Assembly (NCBI GenBank): GCA_046290225.1
Contig: JBKAGE010000070.1
Span: 160,001 to 224,000 of the forward strand
Reading direction: 5' to 3'
Length of the DNA stretch: 64,000 nucleotides
DNA from: Bradymonadia bacterium
Lineage (GTDB): Bacteria; Myxococcota_A; Bradymonadia; UBA7976; UBA1532
Made by a program: the position numbers and the translations under genes. Shown one piece after another: positions 39,901 through 48,702 of this stretch. The notes beneath the pieces are model-generated. The model had not been told where the DNA came from. It saw only the letters and a program-made list of their open reading frames with translations, and ran no database searches. The first letter of the stretch is position 1, and each line of letters begins with the position of its first letter.

Positions 39901-40628
39901 CCGTGGGCCTGCTCGAGGTGGCCATCCTTCGCCTGACGGCTCAGGTTCACGCCGATGCGCTTGAAGGTGGGCGTCGGCGGACGCTTCTTCTTGCCCTTCG
40001 GCGCGTCCGGATCTTTGTCCTCGTCTTCTTCGTCTTTGTCTTCATCAGGGGGCGCCGGCGCAGGGAGCATGGCCGCCCCACACAGCTTGCCTGTGAAGGC
40101 CATGGGCGAGGCCACCTCCACCTCGAGCTCGAGCAACTCGAGGCGTTCTTCCCCGAGCCAGCGCAGATCGAGCCGCTCACTTGGGGTCGCGTGGGACAAC
40201 GTGGACTTCATCATGTCTTCCACGGCGGCCTGCAGGACCTCTTCGCCTTCTTTGATCTTCGCCCGGGGCACCCACTGCCGTGTGCCCCACCGGATGGCCC
40301 ACAGCTGGAGATAACGTCGATCCCGAGAGGTGAGCACCGAGACCCGGGTGGTGTGATGCTCCAAGTCGTCCGCACCGTGGATCGGCAGCGCCTCGGGCAG
40401 CTCGACCGGCAACAGCTGCAAATCGGTGGGGGTGACGTAACGCCACAGACGCCCTGGGTGTGTGCGTTCGAGCCGGTCGGTGAGCATGAGCGCCAGCTCT
40501 TCACGGCCGGCGTCGATGTCGGGGGTATAGACACACAGCTCCGGCTCACCGACGACCTGCAGGGTGAAGCAGCCATTGGGGTGCTCGTGAACCAGGAGCT
40601 GGACGCTGAACTGCACAGGACCTCCCAC
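36969..40628 (-). CDS. ClpA/ClpB-like double AAA+ ATPase, paralogue A
   Basis: GPSGVGKT, GPTGVGKT, LLDEIEKAHP, FRPELFNRID, YGARPLKR. An alternative GTG start lies at 40616. Confidence 0.9.
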   Translation of the reverse strand: MGGPVQFSVQLLVHEHPNGCFTLQVVGEPELCVYTPDIDAGREELALMLTDRLERTHPGRLWRYVTPTDLQLLPVELPEALPIHGADDLEHHTTRVSVLTSRDRRYLQLWAIRWGTRQWVPRAKIKEGEEVLQAAVEDMMKSTLSHATPSERLDLRWLGEERLELLELEVEVASPMAFTGKLCGAAMLPAPAPPDEDKDEEDEDKDPDAPKGKKKRPPTPTFKRIGVNLSRQAKDGHLEQAHGRTDEVEDLFRRLTAAGGTSVVVVGPSGVGKTAVLNALVQRIVRKKTPAKIRTRPVWFVDASRLIAGEGGFGGWQQQCLDILQECSDAEVIWYVGDPLALLDAGRSAHSDQNVALMLKPHLAGGRITLVGECTPQSWTKLELRDAGFARMFSPWQLEEPEPAAARRILEAVAAELARDYDITVSAPGLSAIEGLCARFRGDASALGTALHFLRRLVDEADGRRAAEVVPDAEGKIELPSVTLGRGEVVTRFCVETGMPEFLIRDDLPLDTEEILRLFRQRIIGQSGAVRRMADLVAVMKAGLSDLNKPLGSFLFVGPTGVGKTETAKALAECLFGSDDRMVRFDMSEFAAPSSVHRFIGAGDEEGRLISEIRQQPFCVLLLDEIEKAHPAVFDVLLQLLGEARLTDAAGRTASFCNAVVIMTSNLGVETFKGGLGFGGAEATRANFEAHFRSEAERFFRPELFNRIDHVVPFNPLEAPAIDRITERELVKLARREGLRQRGVVIDVPEAVKQWLAERGVEPRYGARPLKRLIEQRLTAPLARTLSEQGAVEHQLIQVQIDEEDSERLAFSRADSSKAASEAGVRKALLGLVGEIGIIRDQVLRWRKSPLAESRRRHLRLMDRLSQEKHFWTDTERANALTRGLEPDRVVLAGFDTLTGRIEALEELAYEQLYDRRADGVALLAPELRETIEQLDALELDLYDRRFDSPEAGVLYLKGAKGEWPLVAKLLGIYLRLAARFGWTLKGYVLDVDPHWTPPKEAPQLTRRQKAKAKKRAKAEEHAREEQGEEAETEAQIRAREEAEALEASKDKAPLIWTHPKSFEGPSIPVDDAELTRQQHRQMEQWVKHMIDGDGRRPIAIKITGPHVCLLSAETGAHDWIRDHGKPAGAQVLYTDQKGIIEHRRLDTLWPSARRRVINEARWIIDDVAIDLQQAYEPRLHRLWHRALQATVYEVVFGHGAHPLFKRQAPTIEYEEGQA

Positions 40629-40766
40629 GTCTCGCGTTGCTGAGGAGTCTTACAAGATCTCCTTGCCAGTGCCTACCCGAACCCGTTACAAGCTCGGGCT
40701 ATCTGATGCGCACACAGGGTGTATTCAGATGGGGCATATATCAGGGCTAAAATGTGAAGGGGTCAC

Positions 40767-41309
40767 ATGCCATTCTCACTTCGTGGTCGCGTCGCGGTGA
40801 TCGACGCCGACATCACCACGCTTGAACTCGACGCCATCGTCAATGCCGCCAACAGCGCACTCCTCGGCGGTGGCGGGGTCGACGGGGCGATCCACCGCAA
40901 GGCGGGCCGTGGTCTGCTCGCCGAGTGTCGTCCGCTCAACGGGTGCCCTCCGGGGCAAGCGCGCATCACAGGTGGGCACAACCTGCCCGTGAAGCACATC
41001 ATTCATGCAGTCGGGCCCATCTGGCGTGGTGGCAACCAGGGTGAATCCACCACCCTGGCCGCCTGCTACACCAACAGCCTCAAGCTCTGCGAGCAGTATG
41101 ACTGCGAGACCGTGGCATTCCCGGGCATCAGCACCGGTGTCTATCGGTTCCCCATGGAGAAGGCCGCCTCCATCGCTGCAGAGACAGTGCTGCAGTGGCT
41201 CGAACACCACGAGCAGCCTCGCCACGTGACCTTCTGTGCATTTGGCTTCAAAGCAAAAAAGATCATGGCCGAAGCCCTCGAGGCTGCCCTCATGGCCCGA
41301 GACATGTAA
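40767..41309 (+). CDS. Macrodomain protein (O-acetyl-ADP-ribose deacetylase, YmdB-like)
   Basis: DIT, DAIVNAANSALLGGGGVDGAIH, IHAVGP and AFPGISTGVYRFP motifs. Confidence 0.94.
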   Translation: MPFSLRGRVAVIDADITTLELDAIVNAANSALLGGGGVDGAIHRKAGRGLLAECRPLNGCPPGQARITGGHNLPVKHIIHAVGPIWRGGNQGESTTLAACYTNSLKLCEQYDCETVAFPGISTGVYRFPMEKAASIAAETVLQWLEHHEQPRHVTFCAFGFKAKKIMAEALEAALMARDM

Positions 41310-41339
41310 GCTCCCAGCGTCTCAGCTCTGGAGCCACTC

Positions 41340-42134
41340 ATGGCAAAGTCATTCACCGGCGCCGCCTTCATCACCGGCGCATCTTCTGGCCTCGGCCGCG
41401 CGCTGGCGCCTCGCCTCGCCGCCGACGGTCAACCTGTAGCCATCGCCGCCCGGCGCCTCTCGGCCCTCGAAGATCTCGCCGCAGAGATCACCGCCGCCGG
41501 GGGCACCGCGCAGCCCATCGCCCTTGATGTGTCAGATCCCGACGCGGTTCAGCGCGCGGTGGCCCAGGCAGAGGCTGAGCTGGGCTCCATTGGATTGATG
41601 ATCGCCAACGCCGGCATCGACGGCCTCACCCCCGCAGAAAACTTCAAGGCGTCGGACGTGTCTCGGGTGCTTCAGGTGAACCTCGTGGGTGCTGCAGCCT
41701 GTTACGAAGCAGTGCTGCCGGGCATGCTCGAGCGTGGTGATGGTCAGCTGGTGGGGGTGGCCAGCCTCGCAGGCTTTCGAGGTCTACCGGGCGCCGGTGC
41801 GTATTGCGCGAGCAAGTCGGGCCTCATCGCCCTGCTCGAGAGCCTGCGCATCGAGCTTGCCCCCCGCGGCATCTCCGTGACCACACTCAACCCCGGCTTC
41901 GTGAAGACGCCGATGACCGCACCGAACCAGCACCCCATGCCTTTCTTGATGGAGCTGGACGCCGCGGCGAAAGTGATGCACCGGGCGATCCGCAGGCGAG
42001 CCTCAGAATGCAGCTTCCCCAAATCACTGGCCAGCATCACCCGGACCGGCAAGCTGTTGCCCAACGGACTGTACGACCGGATCCTCAAGAACAAGAAGGC
42101 CGACAAGGGTGGCGAGCAGACCGACTGGTCCTGA
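41340..42134 (+). CDS. SDR-family NAD(P)-dependent oxidoreductase
   Basis: TGASSGLG, ANAG, YCASK and PGFVKT motifs. Confidence 0.94.
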   Translation: MAKSFTGAAFITGASSGLGRALAPRLAADGQPVAIAARRLSALEDLAAEITAAGGTAQPIALDVSDPDAVQRAVAQAEAELGSIGLMIANAGIDGLTPAENFKASDVSRVLQVNLVGAAACYEAVLPGMLERGDGQLVGVASLAGFRGLPGAGAYCASKSGLIALLESLRIELAPRGISVTTLNPGFVKTPMTAPNQHPMPFLMELDAAAKVMHRAIRRRASECSFPKSLASITRTGKLLPNGLYDRILKNKKADKGGEQTDWS

Positions 42135-43387
42135 TGGCTCTGCTGCTCAGCGCCTGCACTGAGCACCGCCCTGCTCCGAGCACCCTCGACACGCCTGACG
42201 CCGCTCTCACAGTCGAGACGGCCAGGGCTTTCTACGCCGCCCAGCCCCGCTACCTGCACCCTGTCGACCCCGGCGGCACGCCCAAGCCCCTGGCCGATCT
42301 CCGGGCGGCGACCTGCGGGCAATGCCACGTAGACATCTACAACGAGTGGAAGACCAGCACCCACGCCCATGCCTGGCTCGACGACGCCCAGTTTCAAGAA
42401 GAGCTGAAGAAGAGCACCCAGCCCAGCAACGACGTGGGCTGGATGTGCGTGAACTGCCACACGCCCCTCTTGGAGCAGCGCCCTCAGCTGGTCGTAGCAC
42501 TGAAAGATGGGGCGTTGAATCAGCCCATCTATGTCGAGAACCCTACATACGATGAAGCGCTCCAGCTCGAAGCGATCACCTGCGCCACGTGTCATGTGCG
42601 CGATGGGGTCATCGTCGGCCCGTATGGTGATACGCCCGCCCCCCACCCAGTCAAGAAGGGCGAGGTGCTCACCACATCGCAGTTGTGCATGAAGTGCCAT
42701 CAGGCCGTGGCCCGCTTCGATGCCCTCAATCTATTGTGCGCCTTCAATACAGGCCACGAGCTCGCCGAGAGCCCGCAGGGCAAGGCAGGTCAAACCTGCC
42801 AGCATTGCCACATGCCCGAGATCACCCGGCCCATCACCGCCTTGGGCACCCCCCCACGTAAGGGGCGTCGTCACTTCTTCGGGGGCTCGTTGATCCCCAA
42901 ACACCCGAAGTTCGCCGCGGAGCTCGCCCCTGTGGCTCAACATCACCCTCCAGGCCTCGAAGCGCGTTGGCACCACCGGCCCGTCACGGTCTCTGCCGGT
43001 GAGCAGGTGACCCTCACCGTCGACCTCATCAACGCCCGCAGCGCCCACCTGCTGCCCACGGGGGATCCGGAGCGGTTCCTCAAAGTGGACCTCAGCGCCC
43101 ACGACGCCACAGGGCAGATCCTGGGCAGCAACACGCTGAAGATTGGCGCCACGTACCGCTGGCACCCCCGGGCGGAGAAGATCGCCGACAACCGGCTGAA
43201 GCCCGGCGAGGGTCACCCACTCACCCTGAGCTTCACCGCGCCGAAGTCGGGCCCGGTGCAGATCACACTGACGGGTGCCCACTGGCGCATCAGCCAGGAG
43301 AACTTCGACTACCACCACCTCGAGGGCCGCTCGGTCTCTCACCGCGTGTTCCTCGAAGAATCGTGGAGCATCGATCTCGCCCGCTGA
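42134..43387 (+). CDS. Pentaheme c-type cytochrome, probably a lipoprotein
   Basis: Five CxxCH motifs (CGQCH, CVNCH, CATCH, CMKCH, CQHCH); distal H in AHLLPTG; LLSAC lipobox; TGATG coupling to the SDR. Confidence 0.88.
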   Translation: MALLLSACTEHRPAPSTLDTPDAALTVETARAFYAAQPRYLHPVDPGGTPKPLADLRAATCGQCHVDIYNEWKTSTHAHAWLDDAQFQEELKKSTQPSNDVGWMCVNCHTPLLEQRPQLVVALKDGALNQPIYVENPTYDEALQLEAITCATCHVRDGVIVGPYGDTPAPHPVKKGEVLTTSQLCMKCHQAVARFDALNLLCAFNTGHELAESPQGKAGQTCQHCHMPEITRPITALGTPPRKGRRHFFGGSLIPKHPKFAAELAPVAQHHPPGLEARWHHRPVTVSAGEQVTLTVDLINARSAHLLPTGDPERFLKVDLSAHDATGQILGSNTLKIGATYRWHPRAEKIADNRLKPGEGHPLTLSFTAPKSGPVQITLTGAHWRISQENFDYHHLEGRSVSHRVFLEESWSIDLAR

Positions 43388-43484
43388 TCAAGGGCGGTTG
43401 AGCACGTGGGGCTCATTGTCCCCCACCGACTGACCACTCGATCCACCATACGGCAACTGAACTGGCCACCCCCTCGATACGCAT

Positions 43485-43517
43485 TTTCAAGCACTTGTGA
43501 TTGGCACGGTTACTGCT
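43485..43517 (+). promoter_or_regulatory. Sigma-54-type promoter with adjacent IHF-like site
   Basis: TGGCACGGTTACTGCT (43502-43517) has exact GG-N10-GC spacing. TTTCAAGCACTTG (43485-43497) matches WATCAANNNNTTR with one mismatch. Confidence 0.6.
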
Positions 43518-43559
43518 GCAAGGGACAGCACACTGAGACACGCCAACCCAATGAGGTGA

Positions 43560-45185
43560 ATGATGCGGATTCGTCGAGCGATTGCCATGATGGCCCCCTG
43601 CGCCCTCCTGACCTTTGGCTGCGGTGGTGAAGAGACCACCGAGTCCAACAGCGGCGTGGACATCGCTGCCTTCGACAGCGCAAAGACCGACATCGGCAAG
43701 CGGGCCAAGCTCATCGACAACATCGGCCTCGACAGCGAGATTCAGGGCCAGTTCGATCCCGCCGTCCGTACCTACGGCTACATCATCGAGGCCAAGAAGG
43801 GCGCCAAGCTGCAGATCACCCTCGAGGGTTTCGCTGGCGAAGACGCCCGCGGCATCGAGGCCGGTGCCGAACTCGACACCATCATGGCCCTCTACGGCCC
43901 CTACGAGAGCGGCGAGAACCCCGGTGAGAAGCTCATCGAGCACGACGACAACGGTCGCAGCCTGAGCCCCGCTCCGATCCAGTTCGAGGTCGAGCAGGAC
44001 GGCAAGTACCTCATCGCCTTCACCTCCTTCGACGACACCGGCTCCGGCAAGTACACCGTGAAGGTGGGCTGCGACGGCACCGACTTCCAGTGCCAGCGCC
44101 CCGACTTCGACAAGCCCTGTGAAGAGGGCAAGCTCTACGTGCAGGGCGGCGTCGTCGAAGAGGACACCACCTGGGACACCTGCGAGGTCATCCTCCTCGA
44201 GCCCACTCGGGTCGCCGAGGGCAAGATCCTCACCATCAAGCCCGGCGTCGAGGTGAAGGGTAACTATCTGAGCCCCAACGGTCAGAACTTCGGCAACGTC
44301 ACCCTCACCGCCTCGACCATCCAGGCCGTGGGCACCCCCGAGCACCCCATCGCCTTCACCGCCTTCACCGATCGCGGCTGGGGCGGCCTGGTGCTCACCG
44401 GTGAGTCCAGCAGCCTCGACAACATCTACATCGAGAAGGCCAACGTGGCCCTCACCCTGCGCAACGGCGCCACCGGCACCGTGAGCAACTCCATCATCCA
44501 GGGTAACTTCGAGGTGGGCGGCGCCAGCGTCATGGGTCAGGCCGGCATCCGGGCCACCGCCGACGTCGACGCCAACTTCATCCGCGCCGAGGTCAAGGGC
44601 TTCCAGATCGGCATCGACGCCCAGAACGCCGAGCACTTGGTCATCGAGGACTCGATCATCCACGGCAACAACAGCGGTGTGCGCGTCAGCGGTCAGAACC
44701 GTATCAACGGCTGCCGGAACGTGGCCCAGCCCCAGGTGTGGCGCGACCCCAAGTTCATCCACACCGACATCTACGACAACCAGACCGGCATCGAGATCTG
44801 GGGCAGCGACATTCTGATCCAGGTGGAGAAGAGCAACATCATCAAGAACCGCGGCTTCGCCATCGACATCCAGGGCGGCACGCTCAACCCTGAGTCCTAC
44901 GTCCGCGACACCAACATCTTCGAGAACAACCGCGCCACGGCCACTGACAACACCATGCAGATCCGCAGCTTCCACCGCACCGGCCGCGTGGACATCAGCG
45001 ACAACTACTGGCGCTTCATCAGCGATCCTCAGCTGAGCACCAGCTGGAACACCCAGTGCAACGGTCAGGTGGACTTCTCCGGCTTCCACCCCGAGAAGGT
45101 CTCCGACGCTGGCCCCCGCAAGGCCAACGTGAAGACCGACATCTGGTCCGCCAGCGTCGCCGAGACCTTCGCCGACGAGGAGTAA
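43560..45185 (+). CDS. Lipoprotein with PPC-like domain and right-handed beta-helix
   Basis: TFGC lipobox; DTIMALYGP..DD..G.Y module; Asn/Ile-rich parallel beta-helix repeats; strong codon bias. Confidence 0.8.
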   Translation: MMRIRRAIAMMAPCALLTFGCGGEETTESNSGVDIAAFDSAKTDIGKRAKLIDNIGLDSEIQGQFDPAVRTYGYIIEAKKGAKLQITLEGFAGEDARGIEAGAELDTIMALYGPYESGENPGEKLIEHDDNGRSLSPAPIQFEVEQDGKYLIAFTSFDDTGSGKYTVKVGCDGTDFQCQRPDFDKPCEEGKLYVQGGVVEEDTTWDTCEVILLEPTRVAEGKILTIKPGVEVKGNYLSPNGQNFGNVTLTASTIQAVGTPEHPIAFTAFTDRGWGGLVLTGESSSLDNIYIEKANVALTLRNGATGTVSNSIIQGNFEVGGASVMGQAGIRATADVDANFIRAEVKGFQIGIDAQNAEHLVIEDSIIHGNNSGVRVSGQNRINGCRNVAQPQVWRDPKFIHTDIYDNQTGIEIWGSDILIQVEKSNIIKNRGFAIDIQGGTLNPESYVRDTNIFENNRATATDNTMQIRSFHRTGRVDISDNYWRFISDPQLSTSWNTQCNGQVDFSGFHPEKVSDAGPRKANVKTDIWSASVAETFADEE

Positions 45186-45345
45186 TCCTCCACCCCCCTC
45201 CTTCCTGCAGCTCGTCTCTGAGCCCGCCTCTCCCCCATCTCATTGCTGTTGACACGTCCCATTCGGATCAGCAGATATTTCTGTGTCAGGTTTCCAGGCA
45301 GACCCGCGAAGCCCCCTCTGAGTGTTCAACCACCAGGAGGGCATC

Positions 45346-46698
45346 ATGTCTGCTCACCACACAGCTTTCGTCGCCACGATGATCTTCGGGGCGCTCTCTC
45401 TCGCCTCGGCTCAACACGCCAGAGCCGACTGCACATACACCATCAAAGGCAACGTCGAGGTGGCGCATCAGCTCTCGGAGCTGCAGAGCACACTGGGGGC
45501 CGAGTCCCCCCTGGAGAACATCCAGGTGAAGGTCTCGGCCCAGAAAAAAGTGGGCTTTGTCTGGGGCTGGTTCTCGGAATGGGAGACCGTGCGGACCGAC
45601 GCGGACGGCGCCTTCTCCGTGACCAAGACGAAGAACTGCGCCAAGCGTCGTTTTCGAGTGAAGGTGAAGTTCGACGACGACGAGCTGGAGCTGCGTCACG
45701 AAACCTCGACCTCTTCGCTCACCAAGGTGAAGTGGTACACAGTCTACGACGACTCCGGTGACGTCTATCGCGACTCAGTCACCGTAAACCTCGGTGATCT
45801 GACCTTCGAGTCTGGCGGCAACGACGATCTCGGCGAGTTCGAGCCGCGCCGCCACGCCGACATCTGGGTGCTGTATCACATGGCCTTCGACCAGATGGCG
45901 GACTATGGCCACCCCTTCGAAGACAAGATCAAACTGAAGTACCCCCATGACGGTGTGGCCCCCGATCTGCCCGAGGCGAGCTATGCCAACCCGCTCAACA
46001 ACGTCATCTACATCGTAAAGAACTCGGGGAGTGACGCGGGAGACGACACCGACACGCTGCTGCACGAGCTCATGCACATGTGGCTGTACCAGCACAGCCG
46101 CGGCGAAGACGCCATGGCGGGTTATCTGGTCACCCATCTGCAGCGAGGCACCCACGACATCGTCGATCAAGAGTACGTGGCGTTCCACGAGGGCTTCGCG
46201 GAGTACAGCATGCACGTGCTGGTGGAAGATCTCTTCGGCATCGAGCGCCCACTGCCCCTGAGCCGCACCACCCTCGCAGGTCAGGGCCTCGACACCTTGG
46301 AGATGATGCAGTTCAAGGACACGGGCTGGGAGAGCACGTTCCTGCTCATCGCCCTGGAGCACCTCGACGACTACGACTTCAGCTCGACGGGGTACCGCAT
46401 TGACGAGCGGGGCTTCGGGCTGGCGCAGACCTGTGACGAGGTGACGCAGATCGGCTTCAAGCGTTTGCTGAGGATCTTCGCCGCGGATGATGACGCGGGC
46501 TACAGCCAGCAGATCCATCGCGACGAGATGAACTACGATGACTTCTTCACCCGGGCTCAGGACATCTTGAGCAAGTACGACGCAGCTGATGAAGACGTGC
46601 ATCTGCAGCTGCTCGACCCGGAGAGTGACTTCGAGCCCTATGAAGACATCTGCGAGCCCTGGATCATCGGCCCGGGCTCGGGTTGGCTGAGTTTCTGA
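45346..46698 (+). CDS. Secreted zinc metallopeptidase (HExxH, gluzincin-like)
   Basis: CAGGAGG RBS; signal peptide; LLHELMHMW and downstream FHEGFAEY. Confidence 0.78.
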   Translation: MSAHHTAFVATMIFGALSLASAQHARADCTYTIKGNVEVAHQLSELQSTLGAESPLENIQVKVSAQKKVGFVWGWFSEWETVRTDADGAFSVTKTKNCAKRRFRVKVKFDDDELELRHETSTSSLTKVKWYTVYDDSGDVYRDSVTVNLGDLTFESGGNDDLGEFEPRRHADIWVLYHMAFDQMADYGHPFEDKIKLKYPHDGVAPDLPEASYANPLNNVIYIVKNSGSDAGDDTDTLLHELMHMWLYQHSRGEDAMAGYLVTHLQRGTHDIVDQEYVAFHEGFAEYSMHVLVEDLFGIERPLPLSRTTLAGQGLDTLEMMQFKDTGWESTFLLIALEHLDDYDFSSTGYRIDERGFGLAQTCDEVTQIGFKRLLRIFAADDDAGYSQQIHRDEMNYDDFFTRAQDILSKYDAADEDVHLQLLDPESDFEPYEDICEPWIIGPGSGWLSF

Positions 46699-46702
46699 GC
46701 GC

Positions 46703-48517
46703 TCACTCCATCGGGGCGGCCCCGAGGCCGAGGCGTCGGCCGACACGGCGGTAGACCACCCGCCGCCAGTCGGCGTTGTTGTTGAGGCCCACGGTGGCAC
46801 CGCAGCGGTAGCCGCCCACGCCATTGTCGAGGGTGTGCCAGCACAAACGCTCCTCGCCACGCTCGTTGGCGGTGTCGCACTGGCTTCGGCTGAGCATCAC
46901 GCCGGCAGGGGCGAAACCGAAGGAGAAGTCGGTGGTGAGATACCACTGCACCCCGTTGTAAAGGTGGGCGGTGTTGATCTCGCCAGGCACCACGGTGAAG
47001 ATCTCTGCAGGATCACCGCCGGCGGCCACGGTGAGGGTGTCGCTCTCGACGGGCTGACAGGCCACGATCACCTCTTCGCCACCGCAGCTCATGAGCATGT
47101 CCTCTTCGTCGAAGCCCTGGTCATAGGTGCCCTCGAAGCAGACTTCGAAGCCTTCCATCTCCAACTCGGCCACGGGCACGTTGGTGCGCACCCCCTGAAT
47201 GAACACGTCGCCCTCGCCGGGCTCGACGATCTCGTCGGGCGTGTCGGGGCCGTCGATCATCCAGTCGCCGAAGATCATGGACTGCATCAGGGTGAGCGAC
47301 GCTTCGTTGAACTGATCGTTGTCCTGCCAATCACCTTCCACGAGCCACAGGCGACCCTGGAGCACGTCGCGGTACGCGAGAGAGACGGTGTTCTCGTCCC
47401 AGCCACCGAGGGGGGTGATGTCGGGGAAGCCGCTCAGGCTGAAGCCACAGCTGAGATCGCCCTCTTGAAGCGGCAGATCGCCGTTGACCTGCCAGAACTC
47501 GTCTTCCTCGTTGAAGCGCACGGGGGGGTTGATGTTGTCCTGGCAGCCGCCCGAGCGCTGTCCGGCCTGAACGACGCCCGCCCCGAGGAAGATGGCGTTG
47601 AAGACCTCGTCGCTGGCGTTGTACTCGGTGATGATTCGCCCACCGTTGCGCAAGTAGCCCCTGAGCTGGGCGCCGTCGATGCGCCCTCTGCCGCCGCGCG
47701 TGATCAGCAAGGCCTGAGTGTCTTGATCGGGGGCGCACCCCTGAGCGAGCTGCTGAGGGGCACCTTCGGGGATGAAGGTGCTGAGATCTCGCGCCGAGTT
47801 GCCACACTGCATGATCGTGGGGCGCGCCGCGGCGAAGTCGAAGCACCGCAGCCCCTCGTCGATCTGACCGTCGCAGTTGTCGTCGATGCCGTTGCAGATC
47901 TCCTCCACGGGATCCCCGGGTACGGCGTCACAGGTCAGCGCGTCGTCGCTGCACACCAGGGTGCCTTCGGCGCCGCAGGCCCCTTCGCCGACGCTGCACG
48001 CCTCGCCGAGGCCCTCGACGTTGTCGATCTCCCCGTCGCAGTCATTGTCGACGCCGTCACACGTCTCGGCTGATGGCTCACCGGGCTGGGCATCACAGAC
48101 GAGCTCGCCGTCGCCACACACCAGCGCCCCCTCGACACCGCAGGCACCCACGCCGACCTCGCAGGCCTCGCCGAGGCCCTCGACGTTGTCGATCTCCCCA
48201 TCGCAGTCGTTGTCTTCACCGTCACAGATCTCTGGCGTGGGCTCGCAGGGGGGCTCTCCACCGGCGCCACCCATCATCTCTCCGCCCATGCCGGCCTCAC
48301 CGCCGGCCCCGCCCATCACCTCGCCACCCATACCGGCTTCTCCACCGGCGCCAGCTTCGCCACCGGCGCCGCCGGCCTCACCGCCGGCTGCTCCGCCAGC
48401 CCCCCCCATGGACTCTCCAGCGTCAGGGCGCTCGTCGGTGGTGTCCGAGCTGTCGTCGTCACAGCCAGCGAAAGCGGCGACACAGGTCGCCAACAGAAGG
48501 GTGTTCCACAGTTTCAT
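46703..48517 (-). CDS. Lipoprotein with Gly/Met tether and three Cys/Asp repeats (MopE-like putative metal-binding motif)
   Basis: FAGC lipobox; EICDGEDNDCDGEID, ETCDGVDNDCDGEID and EICNGIDDNCDGQID. Confidence 0.85.
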   Translation of the reverse strand: MKLWNTLLLATCVAAFAGCDDDSSDTTDERPDAGESMGGAGGAAGGEAGGAGGEAGAGGEAGMGGEVMGGAGGEAGMGGEMMGGAGGEPPCEPTPEICDGEDNDCDGEIDNVEGLGEACEVGVGACGVEGALVCGDGELVCDAQPGEPSAETCDGVDNDCDGEIDNVEGLGEACSVGEGACGAEGTLVCSDDALTCDAVPGDPVEEICNGIDDNCDGQIDEGLRCFDFAAARPTIMQCGNSARDLSTFIPEGAPQQLAQGCAPDQDTQALLITRGGRGRIDGAQLRGYLRNGGRIITEYNASDEVFNAIFLGAGVVQAGQRSGGCQDNINPPVRFNEEDEFWQVNGDLPLQEGDLSCGFSLSGFPDITPLGGWDENTVSLAYRDVLQGRLWLVEGDWQDNDQFNEASLTLMQSMIFGDWMIDGPDTPDEIVEPGEGDVFIQGVRTNVPVAELEMEGFEVCFEGTYDQGFDEEDMLMSCGGEEVIVACQPVESDTLTVAAGGDPAEIFTVVPGEINTAHLYNGVQWYLTTDFSFGFAPAGVMLSRSQCDTANERGEERLCWHTLDNGVGGYRCGATVGLNNNADWRRVVYRRVGRRLGLGAAPME

Positions 48518-48702
48518 CTCGATGCTCCTCGTGGTGTGTGTTCACCAGTGCAGTGCACGTTCCGAGGCTTCGTTTTTTTCCGGTGGGCGTTTTTGTGCCG
48601 TGTTTTTTCAGAAAGGGTGTGAGAGACATCCAGGCCCAGTCTGGCTCCGCTCGCCGCGACGCGTACTCTAGAACCGCATCTTCTGCCCTGACGAGGTGAG
48701 GC

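Noticed and set aside
30431..40628. Calling the ATPases clpA, clpB, clpC or T6SS clpV
   Set aside because: No Clp-N repeats, M-domain or GYVG loop, and no T6SS genes in the window.
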